From: Podarcis liolepis
Taxonomy: Eukaryota
Assembly: GCA_965112155.1 (NCBI GenBank)
Contig: OZ218104.1
Direction: 5' to 3' (one strand)
DNA length: 64,000 bases
The notes under the pieces were generated by a model that was not told the origin of the DNA, searched no databases, and was given only the letters and a program-made list of their open reading frames with translations. The position numbers and the translations under genes are program-made. Positions 62,328-64,000 of the stretch are shown here, in pieces. How positions within the stretch are numbered: position 1 is the stretch's first letter; the number at the start of each line of letters is the position of its first letter.

Positions 62328-62916
62328 TGTGGGATGTAAACACAGGAGCAGTCAATGACAACATTCCTAGAGTGTACATGTTAGAACATGGGGAGGGATG
62401 TCTGTCCAGCAAGCAGGTAAACTTCCTGGGGACGGACTTCCTCCGCATGTGACCAGAGGTGGGTGTGGCCTCACCTGTGCAGGTAATGACAAAAGCACAG
62501 GGCAGGCAGCCATCTCTCTCTCTCTGCCATTTTCCTTCGATGAGGAAGCATGTAAAGATGCCCTCTTGGCTCTCAGCCAAGAGAGGAGATAAGGTCTATC
62601 TTGCAATAAGATAGATTCTATGTAACCTTTTTAAGCCTGTCTGCCGTCTGGGATCATATTGTGAACAGATCGTGAGTAAACTCTTTTATACTTTTATAAA
62701 GACTGTGTTGTGTCTTGTATTTTAAGAGGGAATAAAGGGGAAATTACCAGAGTAATTATTATAGAGGTTCTAGCGAACCTGTGCACACGTTACCGTTGCG
62801 TACTTAAAGGGGAATGTATATAAACTCTGCTGATATTTTGGGAACTTGTTAGCACAAGTTGGATAAGGATATAATTAGTCAATATATCCTCTCCTGCACC
62901 CCAGAACATTCCCACA
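62328..62916 (+). mobile_element. Solo LTR (589 bp)
   Basis: TG...CA ends with inverted termini TGTGGGATGT / ACATTCCCACA; 5-bp TSD CTAAC (62323-62327 and 62917-62921); AGTAAA and AATAAA on + suggest the orientation. Confidence 0.85.
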
Positions 62917-63546
62917 CTAACTGCATCTGAAATTCAGGTGCCTGCTGTCTTGTTACATGCAACAACCTGCTAGCCAGGTAGATGGACCAATGTTTCTTTT
63001 GCAATTCAGTGCACCCTGGGTGGTGCTGCCCTCCATCCATAGGCACAAGAATAAAAGGTTTCCCCAGCTTAGGATGGCGGGGAAGGAAAAAGATGCTTTC
63101 CTCATTGCAGTAGCAATGCTGTCTGAGGAAAGTGTTTTACCTTGTTTTCTTTTGCATTCTTCAGTGGCTCAAGTGAGTCTAAAGCTGAATTGCCAGTTGT
63201 GGGCTTAACCAGCTACAGGGCCTGCCTCTGAGAACTTGCCTTTCTGAACCTCTGGAGACCTTGCCTCAGTGCTTTACACATCAAAAGGACTCAGCCTCAA
63301 GAGTAGAAAAAGGAGGGCAGATTCTGTCAGCTTTTCAGCTATCATCTGCAGCTACACCTTTAAGTACAACTTAATCTCTATCCAGTGCAAAGCTTCACTG
63401 GTCAGTTTCTGGAGATTGAGCTGCTGTTCAAGGCACAGGAGAGGCTGACTCATTTCTGATGAGGTGGCAACCCTCGTGGAAAGAGCAGGGTGGAACCTGA
63501 TGGTCAGAAAAGGGGAAAGAGAAGCCTGCGGCCAGGTCTACTTTAC

Positions 63547-63738
63547 CTTTTTTATTTGCTCGCTGCTGGTGGCAAACCACTCACAGGTGACCTGGAGCTG
63601 GTTGTGAAGCTGGATTGTCTCGACTTGGCACTGGCCGCACTGAGTGGCAGCAAACTCCAAATTGTCATTGGACATGCAGAGAGATGGCATAATCACCATG
63701 GCACGTAGAGAGATGTTGAATGTGGGTCCGGTCAGGAC
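63547..63738 (-). CDS. HYDIN: HYDIN exon (approx. 34)
   Basis: GT-AG; VLTGPTFNIS...QCGQCQVETIQL...EQIKK. Confidence 0.92.
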
Positions 63739-63803
63739 CTGGAGCAAACAACAAACAAGACCTAAGCACCATGTGCAGGAAATGGGAACCTCTAACACAC
63801 ATA

Positions 63804-64000
63804 CAGTGGTACCTCAGTTTAAGAACAGTCCTGTTTACAAACGATTCAGTTTACGAACTCCGCAAAAAAGTAGTATCCCGGTTTCTGAACTTTACCTCGG
63901 TCTAAGAACGGAATCCGAACGGTGAGGAGGCGTCGTTAGGGAAAGTGCACCTCAGTTTAAGAATGGTTTCAGTTTAAGAACGGACTTCCGGAATGGATTA
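63804..64000. mobile_element. Tigger/pogo-like MITE, cut by the window edge
   Basis: TA followed by CAGTGGTACCTC, the same terminus as the 53091 element; internal CAGTTTAAGAAC repeats. Confidence 0.75.

Larger units (their letters stand above)
4627..63738 (-). other. HYDIN: HYDIN gene, 3' portion (last 53 coding exons; 5' part outside window)
   Basis: 53 phase-compatible GT-AG exons, 10,374 nt, giving an open frame with repeated ASH/Ig-like segments, a P-loop region, a charged coiled region and C-terminal WVYYLKGIT; adjacent to VAC14 as in human. Confidence 0.97.

Noticed and set aside
63457-63490. CTGATGAG...GAAA hammerhead-like core
   Set aside because: Stem II does not close adjacent to GAAA; chance match
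1-64000. Prokaryotic-type systems (CRISPR arrays, operons, defence islands) or a novel nested protein-coding gene
   Set aside because: The sequence is intron-rich vertebrate DNA; there is no repeat-spacer array, and every convincing coding segment is explained by HYDIN, VAC14 or retroelement remnants

Overview
Vertebrate genomic DNA, almost certainly from a squamate reptile and probably a lacertid lizard (inferred from the repeat landscape). Two spliced genes lie in tandem on the minus strand. (1) The 3' part of HYDIN (ciliary central-pair protein): I traced 53 GT-AG coding exons from 63738 down to the TGA at 4627-4629. They total 10,374 nt (3,457 aa plus stop) and the phases match at every junction; the gene continues beyond the right edge. 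(2) The first three coding exons of VAC14 (ATG at 2498), with a CpG-island promoter about 2 kb downstream of the HYDIN stop. This is the same gene order as in human. The introns carry L2, L1 and CR1 LINE fragments, tRNA-derived SINEs, hAT and Tc1/pogo MITEs, a solo LTR and Penelope-like element (PLE) remnants. I found no new protein-coding system. The best leads are non-coding: an intact minimal hammerhead ribozyme in a rearranged PLE insertion, while both HYDIN-sense PLE segments break at the ribozyme; two different hAT MITEs inserted at the same position of a shared CR1/SINE 3' tail; and an inverted CLEAR/E-box pair plus a YY1-embedded uORF in front of VAC14. All coordinates were read by hand. 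Human-equivalent exon numbers are inferred by counting back from 86. Repeat family names come from recognition, not database search.
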